From positions 69,214 to 133,213 of the forward strand of contig NZ_CALYPR010000002.1 in assembly GCF_945277285.1 (NCBI RefSeq): a DNA stretch of 64,000 nt. The letters are read 5' to 3'. The notes under the pieces are model-generated. The model did no database searches. It saw only the letters and a program-made list of their open reading frames with translations, and was not told where the DNA came from. The position numbers and the translations under genes are program-made. Source of the stretch: an uncultured Bartonella sp. (GTDB taxonomy: Bacteria > Pseudomonadota > Alphaproteobacteria > Rhizobiales > Rhizobiaceae). Shown one piece after another: positions 28,846 through 37,512 of the stretch (the first letter of the stretch is position 1; each line of letters opens with the position of its first letter).

Positions 28846-29880
28846 TTAATTGCCCCAAATGCGTTCAAGAACGGCAATCCAGTTTTTGGAAGTGATTTTT
28901 TCAATCTCGTCATGGCTAAAACCGGCTTTTTCCATAGCGTCAACAAGCTTCGGCAATTGCGTGCAATCCGATAGGTCATTGGGAATGGTTGTGCCGTCAA
29001 AGTCAGAGCCAAGGCCAACATGTTCCACGCCGACAATGTCAACAATATAGCGCATATGGTTGATAATGGTTTTAAGTGGCGTGTCGCGGTTGCGCTCGCC
29101 ATCTGCACGCAAAAATTTCACCCCGAAATTGATGCCGACAAGCCCCTTGCTTTTGCCAATGGCGCGCAATTGCTCATCGGTCAAATTGCGGCTTTGATGG
29201 CTCAAGTGATAGGCGTTCGAATGGGAAGCAACAAGCGGCGCATCGCTCAATTTGGCAATGTCCCAGAAGCCTTTTTCATTCATATGGGAAAGGTCAACCA
29301 TAATGCCGAGTTTGTTGCATTCGCGCACCAGCTTTTTGCCGGCCTCCGTCAAGCCCGGGCCAATATCGCCGGTTGAAGGATATTTGAACGGCACACCAAA
29401 ACCGAAAATATTGGGCCGGCTCCACACCGGGCCAAGGCTGCGCAAACCATTTTCATAAAACATGGCCAGTTCTTCGAGGTTTTCGCCAATCGCTTCGGCC
29501 CCTTCAATGTGAAAAACAGCGGCAAATTGATGCGCTTTGATGGCCTCTTTAATGTCTTTGGCAGTTTTGCAAATTTTGAAGCGTTGCGGGGCAAGCTTTT
29601 CAATATCATGAAGAAGCTTGGCCATTTCCTTGCTCGGGCCTAGCGCATCCTTTTGTTTAAGCTCGGGATAAACCCCGTTTGCATCTGGCGTTAAATCGAC
29701 CGATGGCGGGTAAACCGCACAAAGCCCACCAACAAGCCCGCCTTTTTCAGCCTTTGGCAGGTCAAGTTCTGCACCGTCAAAACCATTGATAAAGGCGTTC
29801 GGGTCTAGATGTTTTTCATCGCGTATTTTGGAAAGAATATCATTGTGCCCGTCAAAACATTGAATGCGCGTTTGTGTCAT
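28846..29880 (-). CDS. membrane dipeptidase (peptidase family M19)
   Basis: 344 aa. The N-terminal FDGHNDIL metal motif and the overall pattern (..VDLSHMNEKGFWD.., ..ASHSNAY.., ..GLGSDFDG..) are typical of renal-dipeptidase-type enzymes. Confidence 0.85.
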   Translation of the reverse strand: MTQTRIQCFDGHNDILSKIRDEKHLDPNAFINGFDGAELDLPKAEKGGLVGGLCAVYPPSVDLTPDANGVYPELKQKDALGPSKEMAKLLHDIEKLAPQRFKICKTAKDIKEAIKAHQFAAVFHIEGAEAIGENLEELAMFYENGLRSLGPVWSRPNIFGFGVPFKYPSTGDIGPGLTEAGKKLVRECNKLGIMVDLSHMNEKGFWDIAKLSDAPLVASHSNAYHLSHQSRNLTDEQLRAIGKSKGLVGINFGVKFLRADGERNRDTPLKTIINHMRYIVDIVGVEHVGLGSDFDGTTIPNDLSDCTQLPKLVDAMEKAGFSHDEIEKITSKNWIAVLERIWGN

Positions 29881-30082
29881 GAAAATTGCCTTAATCCCAG
29901 TTCATTAAAATGTTTTTCTGTTATAGGCCATTAAACGCCCTTTAAACACCGGCGTTAATAATTTTTTTTAAAAATGGCACGCGGGGAGGCTGTGCTTTTG
30001 TCAGATGCGGAAATCGGCGGGGCAAATTTGGTGAGGAAAAAGTTCTTTGAGAAAACTCAAAAACTACGCTGTTATCGCGTCT

Positions 30083-30203
30083 AAAAACCAATTGAATTTA
30101 AAAAAAATGGAAAAAACCGGCCTGACTTTTTCACTTTTTGACCAATTTTTTTAAAAAAAATACCTGTTTATCTCTTATAAATCAAAGAGATAAACAGGTA
30201 TCA
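30083..30203. repeat. AT-rich CRISPR-flank segment, copy B
   Basis: Homologous to 28227-28351 (see there). Confidence 0.7.
30152..30201 (-). terminator. intrinsic terminator at the left end of CRISPR array B
   Basis: 16-bp stem ATACCTGTTTATCTCT / AGAGATAAACAGGTAT (30160-30175 / 30186-30201) with a 10-nt loop. On the minus strand it is followed by 7-8 T. It ends 2 nt from the first repeat. Confidence 0.7.
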
Positions 30204-30306
30204 GGTGTAGCATATTAGAAAATGCGGTCAAGCCGCAACATGTAAGACTGCCTTTCAGTGTCGATTTAGGGGTGTAGCATACTAGAAAATGCGGTCAAGC
30301 CGCAAC
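30204..30306 (-). CRISPR. CRISPR mini-array B: 2 repeats, 1 spacer (31 bp)
   Basis: GGTGTAGCATATTAGAAAATGCGGTCAAGCCGCAAC (30204-30239) and GGTGTAGCATACTAGAAAATGCGGTCAAGCCGCAAC (30271-30306). Same family as array A, with a G at position 2. Confidence 0.75.
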
Positions 30307-30499
30307 TGAAGATTGTAAAAAAATAACATTTCGGTTTGCCTTTTGGTCGAGGCAGTATTTGTAATTGCAATTTGTTGGCACACATTATAGCCAATGATCT
30401 GTTGAAATTGTATTGCCGTCTTGACGGGCAAATACTGTATCCTGTATTCTACCCGGACAAATGGCGACCTCCGGATATATTACAAGGAAAGCATAGATT

Positions 30500-31792
30500 T
30501 TGAAAAAAGAAAAAACAGAAGCGGATTTTGTTAGAACAAAACGTGAAAATATGGGACTGACGCAGAGTGCTTTCGCTGCGCTTCTCTCTATGGGGGCTTC
30601 AGGTGAGCGGACTATAAGGGGTTGGGAAAGCGGACAGCATACTCCGTCAGAAGAGTACATGAAACGCATGCAAAATCTGGTTGAGAATATACCGTTTAAA
30701 CCGGGAAAGAATTTATCGTCCTTTACATTTATAGATCTTTTTGCAGGTATAGGTGGAATCCGTCTTCCTTTTCAGGAACTGGGCGGAAAATGTGTATTTA
30801 CATCCGAATGGGATAAATTTGCCCAAAAAACCTATGCAGCGAATTTTGCTGAATTACCATATGGTGACATTACTGCCATAGCGGCATCTGGGATCCCATG
30901 CCACGATATACTTCTCGCGGGGTTTCCTTGCCAGTCTTTTTCGATGGCTGGTCTCAGAAAAGGTTTCCTTGATACCCGTGGAACCATGTTTTTCCAAATT
31001 CAGAAAATATTGGCTTATCATAGGCCCAAGGCTTTTCTTCTGGAGAATGTAAAACAGCTGAAAGGGCATGACAAAGGCCGGACGTTGAAAACCATTCTCG
31101 CAATATTGAGAGGGCACCATGACGTTTCTATACCGGATGATGTGCCTCTGTCTGACGAGTTACGGGAAAGTCTGAAAACAAAACTCGATTATTCGGTCGG
31201 TTATCGTGTTTTGAGTGCAACCGATTTCGGGGTGCCACAAAAACGGGAACGTATTTACATTGTCGGTTTTGATCGAAGTATCTGTAACGAGGACGATATA
31301 TCGCAGATGTTCGACCAATTGGAAAAGAACGATAAGAAATCGCTGGGGCAGATACTCGAAGACAATTCATCGGTTCCTGATAAATACACGATTTCCGATA
31401 GGCTTCTGGCAGGGCATGAACGACGGAAAAAGGAACAGAAAGAAAAAGGAAACGGCTTCGGGTACAGTCTTTTCAGTCATAATAGTCTTTATTGCAATAC
31501 CTTGAGTGCGCGCTATTATAAGGATGGATCAGAAATTCTCATCGACCAGAGTGACATCGGAAAGAATCCCAGAAAACTGACGCCTCGTGAATGTGCCCGC
31601 ATACAGGGGTTTCCCGAAAAATTCCGGCTGGATGCTGTTTCCGATGTTCAACTCTATAAACAGTTCGGCAATTCTGTTTCGGTTCCGGTTATACGCTCTA
31701 TAGCGAAAGAAATGGTCAAAATTCTGCTGGAAAGCGGAAAAGACGCCGGAAACCTTGATTTGAGGAAGGTTTACGGGGAAAAATTTGGCTGA
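30500..31792 (+). CDS. DNA (cytosine-5)-methyltransferase with N-terminal XRE-type HTH
   Basis: 430 aa. HTH ..RENMGLTQSAFAALLSMG..TIRGWESG... m5C MTase motifs I FIDLFAGIGGIRLPF, IV GFPCQSFS, VI LLENVKQL, VIII QKRERIYIVG, IX RKLTPRECARIQGFP and X GNSVSVPV. TTG start with AAGGAAAG 8 nt upstream. Confidence 0.9.
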   Translation: MKKEKTEADFVRTKRENMGLTQSAFAALLSMGASGERTIRGWESGQHTPSEEYMKRMQNLVENIPFKPGKNLSSFTFIDLFAGIGGIRLPFQELGGKCVFTSEWDKFAQKTYAANFAELPYGDITAIAASGIPCHDILLAGFPCQSFSMAGLRKGFLDTRGTMFFQIQKILAYHRPKAFLLENVKQLKGHDKGRTLKTILAILRGHHDVSIPDDVPLSDELRESLKTKLDYSVGYRVLSATDFGVPQKRERIYIVGFDRSICNEDDISQMFDQLEKNDKKSLGQILEDNSSVPDKYTISDRLLAGHERRKKEQKEKGNGFGYSLFSHNSLYCNTLSARYYKDGSEILIDQSDIGKNPRKLTPRECARIQGFPEKFRLDAVSDVQLYKQFGNSVSVPVIRSIAKEMVKILLESGKDAGNLDLRKVYGEKFG

Positions 31793-32240
31793 TATCGTAT
31801 CGCCTGAAAAACGCAGCCGCATGATGGCCGGTATACAAGGGAAAAATACCGGACCGGAAATGATAGTTCGCAGAACCCTGTTTTCGGCAGGTTACCGGTA
31901 TCGGTTGTACAGAAAAGATTTGCCCGGTACGCCGGATATAGTGCTTCCCAGGTATCGTTGTGTGATATTTGTGAATGGTTGCTTCTGGCATGGCCACGAA
32001 AATTGCAGGTTGTTCCGCCTGCCCAAAAGCAATACGGAATTCTGGCGCGCAAAGATTGAAGGCAATATTGCGAGAGACCGGAAAAAGTATGATGCGCTTG
32101 CTGAAAGAGGCTGGCGTATTATTATTGTCTGGGAATGTGCGGTAAAAGGGGCTCAACGGTTGTCGCACGCGGATTTCCAATATCAGCTATTTCATGCTAT
32201 TTCCGAAAAGAAAAAATGCCTTGTAATTAAAGGTGATTGA
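31785..32240 (+). CDS. vsr: very-short-patch repair endonuclease
   Basis: 151 aa with KRSRMMAGIQGKNTGPE, GTPDIVLPRYRCVIFVNGCFWHGH and FWRAKIEGNIARD, the canonical Vsr pattern. TTG start overlaps the MTase stop by 8 nt, as in dcm-vsr pairs. Confidence 0.9.
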   Translation: MADIVSPEKRSRMMAGIQGKNTGPEMIVRRTLFSAGYRYRLYRKDLPGTPDIVLPRYRCVIFVNGCFWHGHENCRLFRLPKSNTEFWRAKIEGNIARDRKKYDALAERGWRIIIVWECAVKGAQRLSHADFQYQLFHAISEKKKCLVIKGD

Positions 32241-32269
32241 CTTGAATATAGAGCGAAAAACTTGGACTC

Positions 32270-33847
32270 GTGATCATGGTACCCGATATTATAAATAGTT
32301 TCAAAGTTACCCAAGAAAAAATAAGTAAAATCGATAAAAAGCAGGTCGTAGTATTGAGCCCGCAACAATGGCAAAAAATTATTGCTGAATATCAGAAAAA
32401 ATTTCCTCAGGAGACTGTTTTTGAGGTGGGTGGGCATACGCTGGTGAACATAAATAGAAAAGGCCAGACAAAATATGTAAGTTGTCAGGAATTTCCGAAA
32501 TTATTTTTTCTTGTTGATCTATTTAAAGATCTTTTGTCTTTTGAAAGTGTTTTAAATAAACTTTCCGAGGCGATGGGGCTTAAAAATCCTCAGTCTGATG
32601 ATGAAAATAATGTATTCAAAGTTCTACCTTCAGAGACCGCAGAGAAAGAACTTGGGGATCGGTATAATTCGCTGATTGACGCCATTGACAAGTCGTTTCC
32701 TGATGCAGATGATCAGCTTAACATAAAAAATTTTTTGTTCAGCTCTAATGACGGTAAAAAGTTGAATCGCGGGGACTGGATGGAATCTGTTCTGTATAAA
32801 GCGGGAGGGCTGGTAGCGGCTTCATCAGCAGGTCGGGCCGGAATTCTGGAAGTGTTGGAAAAGACGGGAATAGATCCCAATTCACTCCATTTTGTATCAA
32901 ACCAGCAAGAACAGAACACGTTGATCATTGAAAATAATTCTACGCGAAAAACAGGTGGTATAAACCGCATCTATTATGGAGCTCCGGGAACCGGAAAATC
33001 CTACACAGTTGAGAAAAGCTCCCGTCCGGAAACAAGAACTACTACAGTATTCCACTCCGACTTCCAGAACAGCGATTTTGTCGGTGCTTTGAAACCGGTG
33101 ATGTCGGATGGCTCCGTTACCTACAAATTTTCCCCGGGCCCGTTTGCCATAGCGTTAAAAGAAGCATGGCTTGATCCTGAAAATATGCATTACCTCGTGA
33201 TCGAAGAACTGAATCGTGCGCCGGCCGCATCGGTGTTCGGAGAACTGTTCCAGCTGCTGGACCGGGACAACAACGGAAACAGCCAGTACGAGATAGACTT
33301 TCCGTCGGAAGAATTTGCTTCATGGTGGAGGGATGAGACAGGTGAGGAAGGTAAAATGAGGCTTCCCTCGAATCTTTCTATACTCGCGACGATGAACAGC
33401 GCTGACCAGGGAGTATATCCCCTTGATACGGCTTTTCGCCGTCGATGGGAACACGAATATATTCCTCTGGACTATAAAAAAGCTCCGGAAGGACAAATTG
33501 GTTTACGTCTGAAGGATGATGAAACTCCCCGCACGGTAGAATGGAGTGTTTTTCTGAAGAGACTCAATCAGTATTTTGTAGAAAAAATCAATGACTTACC
33601 GGAAGACCGGTTGATCGGACCCTATTTTTTATCAGGATATGATCTGGATAATGCTAAAAATTCGATTCCCGAAAAGCTGCTGATCTATATATGGGATGAT
33701 CTTTTACGCCATACCGGAAGACAGGAAATATTCGTCAGTTCTATCAAAACGTATGGTGATCTGGTCCGGAGAAACGAGAATGGAAAAGTGATTTTTTCAG
33801 AAGCTTTCCTTGCACGGTTTGATGATGGGAATGGCGTTGTTTCATGA
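32270..33847 (+). CDS. McrB-family AAA+ GTPase (LlaJI R1-like restriction subunit) with an unassigned 230-aa N-terminal domain
   Basis: Walker A GAPGTGKS, Walker B-like LVIEELNRA, McrB signature ATMNSADQ and arginine-finger region DTAFRRRW. The N-terminal domain has no motif I recognise. Start is GTG 32270 or ATG 32276. Confidence 0.8.
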   Translation: MIMVPDIINSFKVTQEKISKIDKKQVVVLSPQQWQKIIAEYQKKFPQETVFEVGGHTLVNINRKGQTKYVSCQEFPKLFFLVDLFKDLLSFESVLNKLSEAMGLKNPQSDDENNVFKVLPSETAEKELGDRYNSLIDAIDKSFPDADDQLNIKNFLFSSNDGKKLNRGDWMESVLYKAGGLVAASSAGRAGILEVLEKTGIDPNSLHFVSNQQEQNTLIIENNSTRKTGGINRIYYGAPGTGKSYTVEKSSRPETRTTTVFHSDFQNSDFVGALKPVMSDGSVTYKFSPGPFAIALKEAWLDPENMHYLVIEELNRAPAASVFGELFQLLDRDNNGNSQYEIDFPSEEFASWWRDETGEEGKMRLPSNLSILATMNSADQGVYPLDTAFRRRWEHEYIPLDYKKAPEGQIGLRLKDDETPRTVEWSVFLKRLNQYFVEKINDLPEDRLIGPYFLSGYDLDNAKNSIPEKLLIYIWDDLLRHTGRQEIFVSSIKTYGDLVRRNENGKVIFSEAFLARFDDGNGVVS

Positions 33848-35106
33848 CGACGTTATTTCTGAATGATGGATATCCGCTCTCGAAGCTGGAGGATGAACAT
33901 CCGGGGATATATCGAATACTCGAAAGCAATTATCCCGGATCTACTCTCAATCGTGACAGGTTGAGGTTTTGTGGAATTGTTTGTGAAGCCGGTTCGGATC
34001 CCGTTGTATTTCTTCCCTATGGCATTGTCATTTCCCGATTCGCTGCACCGGATTATAACGCCGGCCGGCTTCTTATGCGGTCGGTTGCCCGTTACGGAAA
34101 AGACAATCCGTCGCGGGCAGGCCATTCTCTTTCCGATGTGGATTATAAAGGGACGATGTTCATCGCTGTTGTAAATGAACTCGCCAATGATTTTATACGC
34201 AACGGTCTTTATTCCCGACGATTGAGAAAAAGGCAGGTGCAGACGGGTAAGCCCGACTGGCCACGGACTATAAAAAGGCAGACGCCTTTCTTTTCTGACA
34301 AAGGGGTGCCCATATATCCCGTCATTGAAACCAATGGATTTCAGGAAGCGAATATAAATATTCTTGCCAGCATCCAGGCCGATACAATAGTTGATATAGC
34401 ATCCAGACATGGCTGGTGGACTGGATTGGGCGCGTCGCAAACCAGGTTTCTTAAAAACATTCCGAAGCTGGTCAGAGACAGGAAACTTTACCCGGCAGCT
34501 ATCCGCGATTTTATGAACTTTCTTTATGATGACAATTCGCTAAGACTGGCAAGGCTATTGCGAACGTACTGGAGCAACTACTCAGCAACCGGATCCGGAA
34601 GTTTTGTGTGTGGTATCTCGGATTTCTCGACCCTCTGGGAGCAGATGCTCAAAAATCTGGTGGATGACCGTTCGGGCGAGTGGAACAGCAAACTTCCTTC
34701 GCCGGTCTATAAAATACATAATCTGGATGACAAAGCTCCCAAGGATAGGGGAAGAATGGATATAGTGATAGAGGCAACCGATAACATCATTGTCGCCGAC
34801 GCAAAATATTACAGGGCATTATCGGCTGATAGCGCTCCGGGCATTTCCGATCTCCTGAAACAATCCTATTATGCAAAGTCGGTATCTGATCTTGCTCCTC
34901 AAAAACCGATCCGCAGCTGTTTTGTTTTTCCATCGGAGAAAGGTAGTGGTCCGATAGAATACGGCTCGTTCGCCAGTACTTTGCATGACCAAAAGGTAGC
35001 ATGGCTGGAAGATACACATTGTTTATACGTCAATACGCGGGAAGTCATGCAAAGCTACGTTTCGCGATCGAAATTGGACTGGTTTCTACAATTATACAAA
35101 AAATAG
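33844..35106 (+). CDS. McrC-like / LlaJI R2-like PD-(D/E)xK nuclease subunit
   Basis: 420 aa. ATGA overlap with the McrB-like gene. C-terminal nuclease-like motif GRMDIVIE..(10 aa)..VADAKYY (D..D/ExK). The pairing with a McrB-type GTPase is the McrBC/LlaJI architecture. Confidence 0.65.
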   Translation: MTTLFLNDGYPLSKLEDEHPGIYRILESNYPGSTLNRDRLRFCGIVCEAGSDPVVFLPYGIVISRFAAPDYNAGRLLMRSVARYGKDNPSRAGHSLSDVDYKGTMFIAVVNELANDFIRNGLYSRRLRKRQVQTGKPDWPRTIKRQTPFFSDKGVPIYPVIETNGFQEANINILASIQADTIVDIASRHGWWTGLGASQTRFLKNIPKLVRDRKLYPAAIRDFMNFLYDDNSLRLARLLRTYWSNYSATGSGSFVCGISDFSTLWEQMLKNLVDDRSGEWNSKLPSPVYKIHNLDDKAPKDRGRMDIVIEATDNIIVADAKYYRALSADSAPGISDLLKQSYYAKSVSDLAPQKPIRSCFVFPSEKGSGPIEYGSFASTLHDQKVAWLEDTHCLYVNTREVMQSYVSRSKLDWFLQLYKK

Positions 35107-35363
35107 AAACGAATAATTATGGCATCGGGCATGTTTACTTGTTTTGACTTTAACATCCGGATACGTATTCCTGAATGATCAAGAGCTCGGTTTGTAGGAA
35201 GAAGCCTTCCGGTTTTAAAGCAACCCGGGAGCGTTGGCAGATCCTCGATCGTTATAGAGAAAGGTTATTATATCTTTGATACAGAAAGGGATTTCGGAAT
35301 CTGATCGTAAAAGTCCATTCAACGATCGAAAACAAGGTCTAAATTGCAGCAAAGCATTAGAAA

Positions 35364-35401
35364 GCAACGGGCAAAAAGTTTGCCTGTTGCGATAGTTTTT
35401 T
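35364..35401. terminator. bidirectional hairpin terminator between the restriction module and the oxidoreductase operon
   Basis: GCAACGGGCAAA-aag-TTTGCCTGTTGC (one mismatch), followed by GATAGTTTTTT on the + strand and TTTCT on the - strand. Confidence 0.55.
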
Positions 35402-35410
35402 AAAGCTAAG

Positions 35411-36148
35411 TCAGCGATAGGCTGCTGGGCGGTCGCCATCGGTATTGGGCTGTGAAATGCCGAGGTTTTCATTTTTGTGGCTATCGGGATTTTTAACAAT
35501 ATCGGCAATAAACCGGCCAAGGCTGGCGCGTGATGTTTCGGTGCCTTTATAGGTTTCGCCTTTTTGTGTGAGCTCCACTGTTTCTATCGGTTTGTTGGTG
35601 AGCCAGACCGGCCGCAAAATGGTATAGGTCAGGTCCGATTGTTCGATTTCCTCGGCACTGCGGCGGTTGATTGGCCTTGTTTGCCCGACAATCTCTCTGT
35701 CCCAAGTGTTGAAAGGTTCGGGCAATTCATCGTATATGCCGCCGGCGCTGATCGAGATTAAGCGTTTGACACCATTATCTTGCATGGCTTTGATAATATT
35801 GGCGGTTTTTTTATCAAGATCCATCCCGCCCATGGTGTTGATGACAATGTCTTGCCCCTTCATGGCCCGTTCAACATCGGCAAGATTTGTTGCGTCACCC
35901 TCAACAACATCTACGCGTTCACTTTTCATATGTTCAAGCCGTGAAGCATGGCGCAAAAACAAGGCAAGATGAACATCGTTCTGTTGAAGTAAGCGCGGGA
36001 TAATTTCTTGCGCCGTGCGCCCGTTAGCGCCCATAATGATAACGTTTTTCATTGTTTTGGTCTCCGTCTGTGCGTTTGAAGGTTGTAGAAGTGCCAAGGC
36101 CGTGGCAAGCCCCGCGAGCCATATAAAAAGTGGTTTTAGAATTTTCAT
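35411..36148 (-). CDS. NAD(P)H-binding (NmrA/atypical SDR-like) protein with possible Sec signal peptide
   Basis: Rossmann motif VIIMGANGRTAQ. 32 residues precede it: MKILKPLFIWLAGLATALALLQPSNA|QTE (signal-peptide-like). An alternative cytoplasmic start is MKNVIIMG (ATG 36052). Confidence 0.75.
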   Translation of the reverse strand: MKILKPLFIWLAGLATALALLQPSNAQTETKTMKNVIIMGANGRTAQEIIPRLLQQNDVHLALFLRHASRLEHMKSERVDVVEGDATNLADVERAMKGQDIVINTMGGMDLDKKTANIIKAMQDNGVKRLISISAGGIYDELPEPFNTWDREIVGQTRPINRRSAEEIEQSDLTYTILRPVWLTNKPIETVELTQKGETYKGTETSRASLGRFIADIVKNPDSHKNENLGISQPNTDGDRPAAYR

Positions 36149-36239
36149 AAGATAAAATCTTCCTGTTTTTTAGGAGCTATTTTCATAGCCGGGTTGCAAC
36201 TTCTCATGGTTTCACAACCCGCTTTGTTGCTCTGGTCTT

Positions 36240-37502
36240 TCAAAGTGTTTCATATTGCTTGCCAATTTTTTTGCCGGAAATTGCCCACACACCGGCAAGC
36301 ACAAGCGCCAGCCCCATAATCATTGGCGGGTGGGCAACATTGCGGGTAAGTGTATCAACCCAGCCCCAAAACGCATCCGAACCGCGATAGACAAAGGTGT
36401 CGAGCGCATTTTTGGCACTAAAACGCGTGTCTTCATCAACGGCAGCAAAAAGCATTTCGCGGGCCGGTCGTGCCAGCGCATATTCGCCAACACGGCGAGC
36501 CACCATGGCAATTGCCAATATCGGAAAGCTGTAAAACAGTCCGAGAAGCCCGAACACCACCACCATCATAACCGGCAGGCTGACCAGCAGAAATGTAACG
36601 CCGAGCTTGCGGGCAATGCGGCCGGTAAAAAATATCTGTATGAGAATGGAAGCCGTCTGGACAATCATATCCATAATGGAAAAAAACTGTGTCTGTTCGG
36701 CAGGACTTGCAAAGCGCGCGTGCACAAGGCGGGCTTGCGCATAATAGAGAAATGTTGTCGAGGCTGATGTGAGAACGACATAAAGGGCAATCTGGCGCAA
36801 ATAAGGGGAATGAAGAACCAGCTTCAGCCCAATCCATATGCCGGAAAATTTTGGTTTTTCTTCGCCATTTTTTTCTTTTTGCCGGCCATGGTGTTGGCTC
36901 CAGCGCACCAGAAAAAACCAGCAGAAAAGCGTTGACAAAAATAGCAAAGTCGAAATCAGTAACAACCCGCCATAGCCAACTTTTCCAACCAGAAATCCAC
37001 TTAAAAGCGGGCCGGTAATGCCGCCAAGGCTTGCCCCAGCCGATAATGGCCCGAACAGGCGTTGCGCCTGATCCTTGTTAAAAACTTCAGCTAAAAAGCT
37101 CCAGCAAAGTGAAATGACAAACAGGTTATAAACCGACACCCAGACAAAAAATGCCCGCCCCACCCATATTGGGTTTCTGTTTATGAAAAGGCTAGAGGTA
37201 AAACACAGCATGACCACGGCACAAAAAATATAGCAATAGGCAAAGAGCTTTGTTTTTTTCAATTTCTGGCTCACATAGCCAAACAGCGGTACCACAAGCA
37301 GTGTGGCAACAAAGGTAGCGGTAAAAAGCCATGAAAGATGGTTGACACCGCCGGCTATGCCGAAGGTCTCACGCACCGGCCGCAACATAAAATAGCTGCA
37401 AAAAACCAGAAAAAGCATGATAAAACCACCGATAAAAGCCGCTGTTTCATCGGCTTTCAGGTTTAATGCTTTGTCAAAGCTTTTTAAAATTTTACCAGTC
37501 AT
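36240..37502 (-). CDS. MFS-type transporter (12 TM), subfamily uncertain
   Basis: 420 aa polytopic protein. The N-terminal FLVFCSYFMLRPVRETFGI resembles the F..Y..LR..K/R-D/E signature of TLC/ADP-ATP-carrier-like MFS proteins; this is a weak by-eye resemblance only. Confidence 0.7.
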   Translation of the reverse strand: MTGKILKSFDKALNLKADETAAFIGGFIMLFLVFCSYFMLRPVRETFGIAGGVNHLSWLFTATFVATLLVVPLFGYVSQKLKKTKLFAYCYIFCAVVMLCFTSSLFINRNPIWVGRAFFVWVSVYNLFVISLCWSFLAEVFNKDQAQRLFGPLSAGASLGGITGPLLSGFLVGKVGYGGLLLISTLLFLSTLFCWFFLVRWSQHHGRQKEKNGEEKPKFSGIWIGLKLVLHSPYLRQIALYVVLTSASTTFLYYAQARLVHARFASPAEQTQFFSIMDMIVQTASILIQIFFTGRIARKLGVTFLLVSLPVMMVVVFGLLGLFYSFPILAIAMVARRVGEYALARPAREMLFAAVDEDTRFSAKNALDTFVYRGSDAFWGWVDTLTRNVAHPPMIMGLALVLAGVWAISGKKIGKQYETL

Positions 37503-37512
37503 TTGAGGCCAG

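Noticed and set aside
28342-28849. ORFs 28342..28557 and 28502..28849 with the recurring peptide CSILENAVKPQ
   Set aside because: The recurring peptide is simply the CRISPR repeat translated. These are artefacts of reading through array A. The same applies to 40786..41166 in array C.
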